From contig OZ024745.1 of NCBI GenBank assembly GCA_964016885.1, positions 54,746,001 through 54,810,000 on the forward strand: DNA of 64,000 bases, in the 5' to 3' direction. Positions within the stretch are counted from its first letter, which is position 1, and the number at the start of each line of letters is the position of its first letter. The notes under the pieces were generated by a model. It was not told where the DNA came from. It did not search any database and saw only the letters and a list, made by a program, of their open reading frames with translations. Shown piece by piece: positions 1-13,402 of this stretch. The DNA comes from Eledone cirrhosa. Its lineage: Eukaryota. A program made the position numbers and the translations under genes.

Positions 1-155
1 GATGGTTGCCCGGGCCAAAGCTCTTAAGTGGTAATAGGACAGTGTGTGTATGTGCGCGCGTGCGAGTTTGTCGGCGATCTAAATTAGAGATGCGTGTGTG
101 TGTATGAGCGTGTGTCATATATATATATATCTATATATATATATACATGTGTGTG

Positions 156-229
<74 letters not shown>

Positions 230-257
230 ATATATGAATATATATATATATGTGTAT

Positions 258-1875
258 AATCATCATCATTCTCATCATCATCATTTTACGTCCACTTTTC
301 CCTGCTTGCAAGGGTTGGACGAGTCCTATTCAGCATAGCATCTCTCTACTTGTCATGGTCCTTCGTCACCTCCTCGGTGAGTTTCAACGATCTGAGGTCT
401 GCTCTCACCACCTCCACCCATGTTTTTCGTGGTCTACCTCTACTGCGTCTTCCTTCTACTGGGATTTCTTGGCACCTCTGTACCCAGTGGTCATCTTCCA
501 TGCGCATCAGATTTCCATACCATCTCAGCCTTCTCTCTTCCACACCACAATTTATCCCTCTTATACCCAGTTTCTTTCTCAAATCTTCTATGCTTGGTCG
601 TTCACGCATATTGGCATTGCACATCCAACGGAACATACTTGCTTCATTTCTCTCCAGCCGTGACATATCTTCTGCAGTTGCTGCCCATGTCTCACTACCA
701 TGCAGCATCGCGCATCTCACACAGGCATCATATAACCCTCCTTTCGTACGCATGGAGAAGCCCTTCTTTATCAACGGAGAAGCAGCTCCCCCATGCTATT
801 CTGATCACCTAGGTACCGGAAGCTATCAACCACTTCTATAGAACCCACCTGCATTGGAAAAATGTGTCTATCACTGAGATTACTACTGCCAACTTTCCAT
901 GCACATCTACTGCATACGTAATTTTCCCTACCTGTTAGTTTGCCTGCTATCCCACTACATCTCCTGTGAACCCAACATCTGCATTGCGTAAATTTTATGG
1001 AATTTAGGCCAGTTCCTTTCCTACATATCGAAGATCGTCATTTCCCCGATGGAATCAGAGTATTGTCCTCTCTTCTACTTATCAACACTTTTGTCTTAGC
1101 TATGTTCACTCTCAGTCCTCTTGATTCCAACTGCTGTTTCCATAGCCAGAATATATTCTCTATCTCCTCTACTGATTCTGCTATAAGAACCAGATCATCA
1201 GCATAGAGAAGTTCCCATGGGCAACCAGTCTTAAACTCCTCTGTTATGTTTGGAGGACTATAATAAACAAGAGCGGGCTGAGGACCGAACCCTGATGTAC
1301 ACCTACTTGTATCTGGAATTCCTCACTAAACTCCATTCCTATTCTCACTTTACTGACAACACCCCTGTACATAGCTTGCAGTGTCCTCACAAGCCATTCC
1401 TCTACAACTAGTTTCCTTAGGGACCACCAGATGACAGATCGGGGTACCCTATCCAAGGCCTTCTCTAGGTCAACAAAAGCTAAGTATAGTGGCTTATTCT
1501 TCTCTAAGAACCTCTCTTGTAGTTGCGTCACTAAAAATAAGGCATCTGTTGTACTTTTCCGAGGCACAAAACCAAACTGCATCTCACCTAATTTGACTCT
1601 GTCTCTAATCAGTTGCGCTCATATTCTCTCTGCCACTTTCATAACCTGATCCATCAGCTTTATGTCCCTATAATTGCTCCTTTCTAGAGCATCCCCTTTA
1701 CCTTTTTAGCAAATTATGAGAATACTGCTGCACCAGTCTTTAGGTATGACACCCCCATATATAGCTTGATTAATGATGCGTGCAACTGGTTTAGTGCCTA
1801 CTTCTCCCGATACCTTCAGCAATCCAGCAACTATTCCCGACGGTCCAGCAGCCTTACCATTCTTCATTTCCATAA
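258..1875 (-). mobile_element. 5'-truncated, decayed RTE-clade LINE (RT domain to 3' end, (ATG)n tail)
   Basis: Minus-strand peptides QFGFVPRKSTTDALF, AFVDLEKALDRVPR, GVHQGSVLSPLLF, LYADDL (YADD 1194-1205) and MLHGSETWA...RLRWYGNLMRM...GRRSRGRPRKTW; (CAT)n at 258-285 marks the 3' tail; stops and frameshifts present. Confidence 0.93.
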
Positions 1876-2024
1876 TTGCCTCTTGTACCCTATATTCATC
1901 AATCTCAATATATATGTGTGTGCGTCTTTAAGTTAGAGATATATGCGTGTGTATGCACTTCCTTCCGTTTACACACACATACATTCACACAAACACACAC
2001 ACATAGTGTGACGGGCAGATGGAC

Positions 2025-2655
2025 AGAAGTCGCTCAAATTTATATACATGTGAATGGAGTTCTACTGAAACAGGTAGAGAAGTTCAAGTATCTCGGGGCC
2101 GTATTCACGAGTGAGTGAATGCAGGAGGCTGAATTAAGTGCAATAATTGCAAATGCTAATGCAGTAATGCACCAGCTTCAGCATTCACTAATCAGAAGGT
2201 AGGTAGGTGTAAAAGAAAAGCTTGCAGTCTTCCTGGTATTCCTGCCAACCCTTACGTATGGTCATGAATCTTGGGTAATGACCAAAAGAATACGATTGCA
2301 CATATAAGAGGCCGAAATGGGGTTCCTCTGAAGGGTCTTTGGGGGTAACTTTTGTCGATAAAGTGCATAGCTCGGAGAACAGAGAGTCACTCTAGGTGAG
2401 GCCGCTACCTCTCCAGATTGAGGGATCACATTTCCGATACTATGGAGATGTGGTTAGAATGTATCAAGAAAGAATCGCTGGATAGATTTTACAGGCAAAA
2501 ACAACCGACAGGAGACCTAGAGGTAGACCCTGGTCACGCTTTGAGATCCAGCTAGATAAGTTAGAGATGTTTGCTTCTGACAGACTAACTGGAAAAAGGG
2601 TTTGAGGAGGACTCTGCCCTCTCGACATTCTCAGAAGTAAGTGGGCGAAGAAGAT
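2025..2655 (+). mobile_element. Decayed 3' fragment of an RTE LINE, Expander/Rex3-like
   Basis: LKQVEKFKYLGAVFTSE, TYGHESWVMT, AEMGF, RRPRGRP; ends gtgggcgaagaaga; same family as 48463-48923. Confidence 0.85.
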
Positions 2656-3357
2656 ATTGTCAATTTACTTTTCAATTTACATATCATATCTATAAGCATA
2701 TATATTTGCGTATATATATATGCATATATATATATGCTAGCAGAAAACCAACAGAGGGCGGTTCTTCTGCTGGTACTATATAATTTGTGGAAGATTTATT
2801 GCTACATCAATTGTTCTTCCATTGTTATTACATTTCATATTCATTCAACAGAAGTACAATACTTAGGCAGGTTAAACGTACACGGGAAATGAATTAAATT
2901 AAATTATTTCAAAAACAAAACTGCGTAAGGGAAAATGCATAAGCACATTTAGTTCGGTATTTCATTCTTTCCTCAAAACCATAAAAACATCAGTATGAAA
3001 TGATATTTAACGAAAATGATTCCAGTAGTATCATTAATCATCGAATTCATCCAGGAAATGTTTTTATGTTTAAAGAATGCCTTTAAATACGAAAAAATTA
3101 GCTACTTTCCCTTAGTGCAAACTCTCAGGTTTCTAGAAATATCTACCTTTACTGTCAAATGTATTGCCTTTATTCTTCGTTTCTTTACATTTTTCACTGA
3201 TCAGTCAATATCAATTCTTTCGTTGGTTTCTTTTGTCTCGGTTAGTTAATAGTGGCAGCCATGATGACGTAGGGTTATCTTTAATATATATCTATATTTT
3301 TACACATTGTATATATGAAGATAGGACATTTATGTATAAGTCTTTGTAAAGTAATAT

Positions 3358-3641
<284 letters not shown>

Positions 3642-3944
3642 GGTATCAATCTCTCATTTTGTGTTTGTGTACTTTCTTTTTTATCTCTGCAGCTACCCAA
3701 TTCTTTCTATTTGGAGTTTGGAGGGTGGTTTGAAATCTATACATTAATAATGAGAAATAAAGGAAATGGTTCACTAAATCTATTTCTCAATTACTATCTC
3801 AACAGCTTACTATCTTTGAACAGACATCCAGACACCCTACACAAAACATATTTTTATATTCCTATATATATATATATATATATATATCATGGCCTCAGCC
3901 GGATGGCTGAAACAGGTAAAAGAGTAAAAGAGTATATATATATA

Positions 3945-4017
<73 letters not shown>

Positions 4018-4325
4018 GTAGGAGGTGAGTTTTATTGTAGTACAATAAAGCAATGCAGATATCGGATAAGAAGCACTCTACAGTTTGTATGTTGATTTAA
4101 AACTGCACTATTCACAAGTGTTTTTTAACCTTCATATCATGTCTTCCTATTTTATCTGATGAAAACACAAATGTTATTGCATGATGATATTTGTTTTTGA
4201 AATGCGCATAATAAAATACATGGAACTCTTTTAACCATCTTTTGATCTTATATATTATATATATATATATATATATGAATATATATACACACATATATGT
4301 ACACATACATATATATATATGTATA

Positions 4326-4371
<46 letters not shown>

Positions 4372-5767
4372 TTTATGTTTCTGTGGATGTATATATATAT
4401 ATACTACGTTCCTTTATTTTTACATCGTGATACTGATCTGTACATCTACAACTTACATTATCCAAGTTTTCCATTTTTAAACAACTTTCTATTTTCGACT
4501 AAAATATAATCTAAAATACTGTTTTTGTGTATGTAAATGTGCATTAGAGCGTGTGTTTTTATAAGTTAGTGTGTGTGTGTTTGTGTGTCTGTATGTGTGT
4601 GGGCGTGAGTGTGAGTAAAGACGTAAATGCGTTGGAGAAACAATCTGTATATAATACACAGCTACTTTATCTTATATTTCAGACACGGTAGGAACAATAT
4701 TTGTCAGATTATTGGTGATAACTTCAATCTTTAGAATATAAATTGTTGTCAGCTTTCGTTAACAGCCCTATGATCAAAGATGTTCAATCTGTTATCAATC
4801 TAGTGTTATTTTTAAAAAATGTATACTGTCTCGATTACTACGTTAACCTGGATTAAGATGTGTCGTTCGTTTTTTTTTTAATATGGTAGGCTTAATATAG
4901 ATAAGGTAAGATGGCTGTGTTTAGACTGTCGTGTCTTCTCGTAGTGTTTTTGTTTTCATTGTACATGAAATGTGTGGCGTTATCGATGGCTCTTTAAGCT
5001 TGCTCTAATTTCGTTTAAGGAAATATATGCCATTCGCTAAGTATATGACAGCTGGCGACTTCTTTGAAAGGTATTATAAAGTCATACGTATCAGAGAATT
5101 TGAAAAGTCCAAGTGGGATACCCGTTTCATACTTTCGGCTGTTATTTACGCCAGGTTTTTGGTTGTGGTGAAATGAGTTTAAAAATGATAGATCGAAATG
5201 TAGGTGAACTCAGCATCCAGATTAATTTTCATCGTCTCCGAAATTACAAAAAGGCAACGGTAGCTTTGACTGCATTTAAACAGGGAGGAGATATAACCAT
5301 AGAAAAGTCCGTAATGTATTTACATTCCCCACCTTGAGAGATAAGAAGTTTCAGGAATAGTTTGACAATTGATTAAATTCATAGTTTGAAGATAATTTCC
5401 TTGTTAAATAAAATTATGCAAATGTCATATATAAGTTTCAAGATTTCAGAAACATGAATCAATCAAAGTAGGTGATATCTATGAAGACATTTTGAAAGAA
5501 AATATATACTACAGAATACAGCTGTTGCATAATATTTCATCATGAAATACATGACCGGAAAAGAATGAGTGTGGCTGTTCGGAATAGCATACACACACTT
5601 ACCTTATATAACACTGTAAAATAAAAGATGGCCACATTATATAATGCAGATGTATAAAAACCTTTATTAGTAAATAGTGTACAATATCGTGTCTGATCTA
5701 AAGCTGTATACGAGGTAATTCATTACATATATACAGTTTTCAAAACCAAACTTCTGCATATGCCATT

Positions 5768-5840
<73 letters not shown>

Positions 5841-5891
5841 CATATATATATGTGTGTGTGTGTATATGTATATATATATAAATATATACAT

Positions 5892-5922
<31 letters not shown>

Positions 5923-6059
5923 AATATATATATAAATGTATATATAGTGTATTTGGTAATACACTTTATGCTTAATTAAAACCATTTTGAAGACCTTACA
6001 CTATTGTTTTAAAGTAGAGACTACGTCACTTACTTTTTTTTTCAACAAACAAGGGGAGA

Positions 6060-6107
6060 TAAACTGACAAATCTCTGTTTCATACTGTTGGTATTCCTCA
6101 GAGCTTA
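6060..6107 (-). ncRNA. Type I minimal hammerhead ribozyme (family A)
   Basis: Minus strand: taagct CTGAGGA atac-caaca-gtat GAAA cagagatttg TC agttta; 6-bp stem I (one G-U), 4-bp stem II, GUC triplet. Confidence 0.85.
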
Positions 6108-6376
6108 GCATTCCCCTTGCTTGTTGAAAATTATGAATATTGAATTCTTATAGAATTCCAGTAATAATCAGGAACTGATTATACAGAGCGGTTGCCGGTC
6201 CAGCAAAAATTGAAAATTAGAATTGGTGCTCTGAAATAGTGATGTATATATGAATGTATATATAGCGTATTTGGTAATACACTGTATGCTTAATTAAAAG
6301 CATTTTGAAGACTTACGCTATTGTTTTAAAGTAGTGACTATGTCACTGACTTCTTTTTTAAACAAACAAAGGGAGA

Positions 6377-6421
6377 TAAGCTGACATATCTCTGTTTCAT
6401 ACTGTTGGTATTCCTCAGAGC
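6377..6421 (-). ncRNA. Type I minimal hammerhead ribozyme (family A, second unit)
   Basis: Minus strand: gct CTGAGGA ataccaacagtat GAAA cagagatatg TC agctta; cis stem I is cut to 3 bp by the inversion junction. Confidence 0.75.
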
Positions 6422-6759
6422 ACCAATTCTAATTTTCTATTTTTGCGGGACCGGCAACCGCTTTGTATAATCAGTTCCTGATTATTACTGGAATTCTATA
6501 ATAATCCAACATTCATAATTTATATATATTATATATACTGGTTTATGTGTATATCTTTATGAGTATACGTGTATTTTGTGTTTGTGTGCGTATGCGTGTT
6601 TGCGTTTTTGTGCGTATGTAAGGTGTGTTTATGTGTACATTGTGTTTTGGTTGACGCACGTTTGGTAAACATATATGTGTTTACCTGTAGGTATGTGTGT
6701 GCGGGCGTTATATACGTATTTATGTGTGTATATTTATATACGTTTATATAATTATATGT

Positions 6760-6793
<34 letters not shown>

Positions 6794-7004
6794 TATGTGT
6801 ATTCGTTCGTGTGCAGGTACAGGTGTCACGCGGATTTATTTATGTGTGCGCGTGTTTATGTGTACGTGCATGTCTATGCATACATGGCGGGTCTTTTGCG
6901 TATGCCAGTGTATGTAATATTATAGATGCGTGTATGTATATATTTAATTATTTGATTTTATAACCTCTGTCATTTTCGTTCTACTAATTTATTTACATTA
7001 TTCT

Positions 7005-7100
7005 TAACTTTGCCTTTCATCCTTACGGGGTCGATAAAATAAAGTACCAGTAATGTAATGGGTAATTGCTGGCCTTGTGCCTAAAGTAGAAACAATTATT
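7005..7100 (+). mobile_element. tRNA-derived SINE, 3' fragment
   Basis: Core gcctttcatccttacggggtcgataaaataaagtaccag; flanking duplication attattcttaact at 6997-7009 and 7095-7107. Confidence 0.9.
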
Positions 7101-7140
7101 CTTAACTCTGAAGCCGAGAATCATTCGCTTTCCTAAATAG

Positions 7141-7425
7141 AATATTAATCTACGACTCCATTTATACCATAAACGTGGTTTTGTCTTTGCGTCTATTTGT
7201 TCTCATCACCCCACATAACGACGTTTTATCTTTGCTTTGTTCCGTCATTGCCAGGGAACGTCTTCACGAACCAAAGTATTGTCTTCCTGTTTCCTTCGTT
7301 TGCAACGTTTTTCGTAATATTTACTTCTGCTTTCACAGAATGATTTTTGTAGTTTCAGAAGATCCAATTAAGAGTGAAAGCAGCGATTGCTTGCTTAAAC
7401 TTTAATCTGTTATTTTAATAAATAT
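7141..7425 (+). mobile_element. ~285-bp non-coding repeat (family B) ending in a hammerhead-like motif
   Basis: Reverse-complement homolog at 45747-46110; 3' fragments at 47168-47245 and ~56600-56665. Confidence 0.75.
7351..7401 (+). ncRNA. Hammerhead-like motif with variant core CAGAAGA (family B)
   Basis: agttt CAGAAGA tccaattaagagt GAAA gca-gcgattgct-tgc TT aaact; perfect 5-bp stem I, paired stem III, decayed stem II. Confidence 0.55.
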
Positions 7426-7456
7426 TTGCTCTAAGGTTCTTATATATTTGATATAT

Positions 7457-7812
7457 CTAGGGCGGGTACAATTCCCGAGATCCATGGACGTGTTCTTTCC
7501 AGCGGTCTCTGTCCCTCATTATCGCTGCCATGTCCTGCGACTCCAACAGACCAGTGTCTGACCTTAGGGCATCAACACACGTTAACATTGGTCTTCCTCT
7601 TCCAGTGTGTCCATGTAGGGGCTCCCACAGGAGCACTGAGTGCAATGTCAACTCTGGATGACGGTGAGCATGTCCAGCTAACCTCAGTCTCCTCTGTATT
7701 TGGGAGCAAAGATTGGGAATACGGAAGATGATGTGGTTGAGAGGAAGAGCAGAGCCTGGGCGGCGTACCACAGCTTGAGATGGGTGCGGAAGTCGGACCT
7801 TCGTATGGGATC
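7457..7812 (-). mobile_element. RTE-like LINE 3' fragment with an inverted 5' segment
   Basis: Minus 7457-7711: RRLRLAGHAHRHPEL...LLWEPLHGHTGRGRP; plus 7712-7812: IGNTEDDVVERKSRAWAAYHSLRWVRKSDL (RT-thumb-like); candidate TSD atttgatatat at 7446-7456 and 7845-7855. Confidence 0.75.
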
Positions 7813-7942
7813 CCCCCAAATGTCAGCTCAAAAGTGACACAGAGATTTGATATATAGTTATCCTTATCGTGCACTCTTTGGGCTTTAGTCTTCACATTTA
7901 TTATTACTACTATATATATATATATATATAGGAACAAGTAGG

Positions 7943-8036
7943 ACCCCACGGCTGAGCTCAAGCCGTTTCGACGGCTAATTCTGGACTAAATGAACATTTT
8001 TATCCTGGTACATGAATAGCCGAGCTTCTCAGGGGT
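7943..8036 (-). ncRNA. Degenerate hammerhead-like motif with long stem II
   Basis: Minus strand: accc CTGAGAA gctcggcta...tagccgtc GAAA cggct-tgagctc-agccg TG gggt; all three stems pair, but the core and the triplet (GUG) are non-canonical. Confidence 0.5.
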
Positions 8037-8316
8037 AATTCCATATATGGTAAAAGTGATTGTCACAAGGATTGGTCAAAAGTTTATTGTTGAGACACAT
8101 AATACTATCATGGCATTTTGTGGAAGGAAGGGCTAGCTGAACTTGCCAGTAGAAGAAAGAGGGAGAGGGAGTGGAGGAAACCCCGTCGTGCGTTGATAGT
8201 GCCAACTACAGCGGAATCCTAAGGATAAGAGGTCAAGAGAAGTATACTAGGGAGGGGGAGGGGGAGTAAGTCAAAAGAATAAGTAAATCAATATGGAGTA
8301 AATATATAGAAGAATA

Positions 8317-8347
<31 letters not shown>

Positions 8348-8542
8348 CCTGTTTCTATGTGTGTGTTTGTGCGTATGTGTAGGTCTTTGTGTGCTTTCCT
8401 ATTTTATGTATATTTGTCCATTGCTATTGTAAATATCTCACGTAAAATTTATATGCCTCATTGTGAGCATATCCACAAATATCATACATATAAATATATG
8501 ATAGATATACACACATTACATACACACACCCAACTGATCACA

Positions 8543-8635
<93 letters not shown>

Positions 8636-9789
8636 CAATGTTTTCAGCTGCTTGAATATTGCTTCGCTTTCCATTCACAAATGGTAGAATGAATGGTATT
8701 TATTATCATTTGAATGTATTGAAAGTAAACAGTATAGAAACCGACATCTACAAATTTTAGTTTTTGTATTTGAACATACATATTTTATTTAACTATTAAA
8801 AGGTGTTGAGCGTAAATCACACCTTTGCAGATATTGGTAAGTCAAATATTCTTAAAGAAATCAAAAGAAGAATAACAGAAAACGTTTATATTATCTCGGC
8901 TTTAAAAATTACTTTTTTCACTTCAAATATGTATATTAACATTTAGGAATATATGAAGCAAACAGAAATTTCTCTTGCAAACAATGTGTTCTATTTTCAC
9001 TTTAATTCTGAAGGGAAGGTCTGTGATAAGGTAGTGTTGGAATAAATCATGACATGTTTGATAACAGAAGAAACACAGTTGTATAAGTGATAATACAAGA
9101 ATAGGATTTCTGTGTTAAGCATTTATATAATGTTGAAGATGAAACACTTCCAATGTTTTTATGACTTTTCCCATTCAGTGCAAAACTTTCAGAGGAAAAT
9201 AGGAAATAATTGTTTCGCAGCATAAATTGTTTCCACTTATGATATATAAGAGTTCTAATTTCCATAATGTTCTTACATATATAGGAAGAAAGTTTGAATG
9301 TATCTCCCCCTTCTTGTTGCGATTATTGAGCTGTCATTCTTTATGTCTAACGACAAATGTTCACAAATAAAGTTTGTGGTGTTTATTTCGGTGGTTAGCT
9401 ATCCTTGTCAATATTTTGTCGGGGTTCCAATGATCAACTCCCCCTGCCATAGAGAAACCTGCAACCGCACGCACAGTTTTCATCTAATACGTTGATAAAA
9501 GCTGAATGGAATGGAATATGACGATTGAAACCTAATAAGTCTTTCTCGTTCTCTCTCTCTCTCTATCTCACTTCTATATGCATTGCCCCTGTTCGTTTCC
9601 TTTATACTTTAGTATATTCAGAGTTTTTCTTGGAGCTTTTCATAGAATTACCATAAAAGACAGTCCCCTTCTTTTCGGGAATGTTTCCTAGTTTACATTT
9701 GTTATTGGTTTGTATTGTTATCATAACATATTAAATTAGTGTTATTATATCTGTCTGTTTTTCAATGACCTTACCTTTATTTCATCTAC

Positions 9790-10620
9790 TTCCCACTCTG
9801 TGTTGTTTATTCTTGTCCAGCTATTAATCCCATGGATCTTTCTGAGGATTATTGTTGCTGATTCATGCAACGTTCGTTTATACGACTATGTCTTTCATGA
9901 ATCTGTATATTCTGTAGATAACAGTCACTAATGCATCAGTAACAATAGTTTTGCGGAGACATCCCGCAATGACCATATCCTCATTGCAAGATGCTACTTT
10001 TCAGTCTTTTCCTGTTCTTCTTGGTCAGTGCCGTGTCAACAGAAATGGCTTTGTCAAGAAATGCAGATTAATTTAATGCTTTTTCTATAATAAATATGTA
10101 ACCTCGTCTAGACTTATTTCATGACCTGTCTAGATTGTGAAACCTCAAATATTTTGAACTTGTTATTCTTGTGGAAGGCACAGGTACACATGTTCAGCCG
10201 GTTCGTCTCTGTTGATGCAAAACATTCAACAGGTGTGGTTGACCTTTTTTATGAGTGGCTCTTCTCAACGATCGAAACGTCTGGAATCTGGAATATTGCC
10301 AGCCACTCACAATCCTCTTCCAGCTGGGCAATGCAGTTGCTGCAAATTCTGCATAAGCATTCAATAAGGACAATTTCTATAAATCCTTGGCCTGGCAGTT
10401 TTAGTTGTGCTCACCGCCAGTTTGAAACAAATTGTTGGCTCTGTGGAGTTTCTCCATCACCCCGGATGGTGCTATCTTCTATTGCGGATTCGTATTTTTA
10501 ATTTTTCTTGTTATCTTGGTATCAGATTTTTCCCAGTTTATGCCATTTACATAAATGACCACTATACTTGCTCATTTGTGTTGCTTTTTGTGTTTTGGGC
10601 AAAGTGGCCAACAAAGAAAG
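9790..10620 (-). mobile_element. Highly decayed RLE-type (R4/Dong-like) non-LTR retrotransposon 3' fragment
   Basis: Minus-strand remnants CRICS, EQEKTEK, IVTDALVTV and ATIILRKI resemble the CCHC + restriction-like endonuclease C-terminus; many stops. Confidence 0.4.
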
Positions 10621-10830
10621 CGCTAACTTTGTTGTTGTTGTTGTCTTTACGGCTCTTATTATTGCAAATGTTACTTTCATTTTTATCAAACGTTATCTAG
10701 TGTATAATCTCGTTTGCCCAACTATCGTTTCTTATAATTTTATCTAGACCACATGTATTGTGAGCTCCATATTTATAAAGTTTACTCTATTACATGCACC
10801 AGATCTAGTAACAAAAGTAAACATTATTCT

Positions 10831-10975
10831 AGCATAGTTACGTCCCTTTACGATGTGAGTTCAAATCCCGCCGAGGTTAACTTTGCTTTTCATCCTTACG
10901 GGGTCGATAAAATAAAGTACCAGTAATGTACTGGGTAGTTGCTGGCCTTGTGCCTAAAGTAGAAACAATTATTAT
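10831..10975 (+). mobile_element. tRNA-derived SINE, 5'-truncated
   Basis: B-box gagttcaaatccc, conserved core and gtagaaacaattattat tail. Confidence 0.9.
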
Positions 10976-11701
10976 CGATTTTTGAGCCCATACTTCAACT
11001 TTGAATAATACGTATAATGAAATGTGTGCAAGCTATGACCACCCACATATATTTTAACAATACTTTCACCTTAGTATCAAATGGGTCCTGTCTTAATTGA
11101 TATAGCTTTAGTTGATAGCTATCTCTGGTTGGTCAACAAATCACTCAGTCTTTCTCTCTCTGTCTCTCCGTCTTCTCCACATCTCTCTCTGTCTAGATAT
11201 ATACAGAGTTGTGTTGTTTATCCGCTCGATTACGGTTGCTGTTAAACAACGAGATGTTTACAAATAACAGAATAAATGTATTAGTTTAACACTAATTTCA
11301 AGAAATTCTCTTTAATTTTTTTTACCCTATTTTCTGTTCGTAATTTCTATTACAAACATTGTTATCCTTATTGTAGTCTGCAATAGAATGACTTTCAGAT
11401 ATCTGTGGTTAAGCAGGCTGTGAGTAAATTATGCTCAGGAATAGGATTCGCAATTTTTGTTAATTGGGGAGATGTGAGATTAACGCTGCAGAGTAATTAA
11501 ACTTTGCACTCAATCATACACTGCAATCACTGCCAAGCAGCAGGGAACGATAACTTCCTGTGAAATGAATTTATCGGCAAGTCATTCAGTATTAAGTGTC
11601 TTTGTGGGAAATTTAATATTGCTTATTGACTTCTACGGCAGTTACGTGCAAATATTTCTAAATGTGAGTGAGTTTCTTAATTGAGGGTATATAAAATTGA
11701 G

Positions 11702-11768
<67 letters not shown>

Positions 11769-12364
11769 TTGCGTGTATAGGTAAATATTAATGTGTGTGT
11801 GAATGCGTACGTGTATATACAGGGTAGGTTTATTCGATGTTCTCGAGAGTTCTTAAATCCGTGCTGAAGTGGAAAGGTGATATATGGGTGAATGTCAAAT
11901 CATATCACAATTGAGAAGGTGAAGCTTAGTGGAACTAGGTATGGTAGTAAGTGTTAAATATTACTACACATAACAGTGAATTACACAAATCCACACACTA
12001 CATGTATATACATATGTATGGGTGGTGTGTGTGTGTGTGTGTGTTTGTGTCTGTGCGTTCGTGTGTGTCTGTTTTTATGTGTGTGTATCTATTTGTGTAT
12101 GGGGGTCTTTGTCTATGGGTGTGTGCATGAGTGTGTTTAAGTAGAGTTTCATGTAAGGATTATAAATATCTATTTTTCAAACTATGTATTTACACAGATA
12201 CACACACACCCACACTCTCTCTCTCTCACACACACACACAAACACACAAACACACAAACACACACATATATATATATAAACATATATATATAAAATATAT
12301 TTATATATATATGGGTATATATATATATATATATATATACATAAATGTATGCATATAGAAATAC

Positions 12365-12403
<39 letters not shown>

Positions 12404-12817
12404 GGGTGGGGAGAAAGAGAGACGGAGAGAGAGAGAGGGGGGGGGGATTGAAATTTGGGTGATAGTAGCTGACTGTCAGGATGATCTAAAGGGGAAACGT
12501 TTTCTTAATTCATCGAGCAATAATTGAGTAAGGAAATATAGAAATCATGCCGGATGACAGGGGTGGAGCGCGATTTCTTAGAAATGATTGGTTAGTTACA
12601 TGTACCTAATTAGAGGTCCTGTTAATTTTCACCGAAAATAGTCTGTGAAGAAGCTGGACATTGCCCACAGTACTTCCGGAACAAGCTGCACAAAGAAATG
12701 CTTATGAATTGATAGCATTGTTACGGAAAACAGACCGCTGAGGATAATTCCTTTCATAACAAACAAAGTCTGAGATTCAATAGCATTTTAATACACACAA
12801 CACACACACATACATAC

Positions 12818-12930
<113 letters not shown>

Positions 12931-13402
12931 CCTATAGATAGATAGATAGATAGATAGATACATAGATACATAGATATTCAGCGGTATAGCAGCTTAATTC
13001 CTTTTTTCTCTCGTCCCCATTCTACTTATGATGCACCCTTGGTTTAACGCATTTTATTTCTACAACTGATAACATCCTTAACATCTCTGCTACTGTTGTT
13101 CACAATCAGTCCCCGCGCCTCTTTATCTTTGTCTTACACACGCTGTCTAACCAAACGATAATTTCGACAATCTAGCTCATTTCACACATGCTGATACACC
13201 TTACTTAAATTTAAATTCGGCCTTAACAATGCCTGTGAGTTGTCAGATCCATTATACTACAACGCTCAACCGCCAACCCTCCATCCGACTAGCTGCACCC
13301 TCAGCTTGCGTCTACAGAGGTTGTTCCGTTGTCTCTCCTGGTGCTTCCACTCCATTCCTACTCACACACGCGCACACACGCGCACACATACACACACATA
13401 TA

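Larger units (their letters stand above)
5935..6521 (-). mobile_element. Head-to-tail dimer of a ~310-bp non-coding HHR-bearing element (family A); the upstream unit has an inverted 5' half
   Basis: 5935-6104 is repeated at ~6252-6421; 6415-6521 is the reverse complement of ~6128-6233; other copies at 16355-16512 and 59878-60186. Confidence 0.85.

Noticed and set aside
3888-3932. cagcc-ggat-ggctGAAAcaggta, resembling half a hammerhead
   Set aside because: No CUGANGA strand; more likely the 3' stem-loop and tail of a LINE or SINE
4155-4190. CTGATGA followed by an aaca/tgtt hairpin; also isolated CTGANGA hits near 9842, 12738, 28971, 45152, 48416 and 63685
   Set aside because: No correctly placed GAAA or flanking stem I; consistent with chance 7-mers
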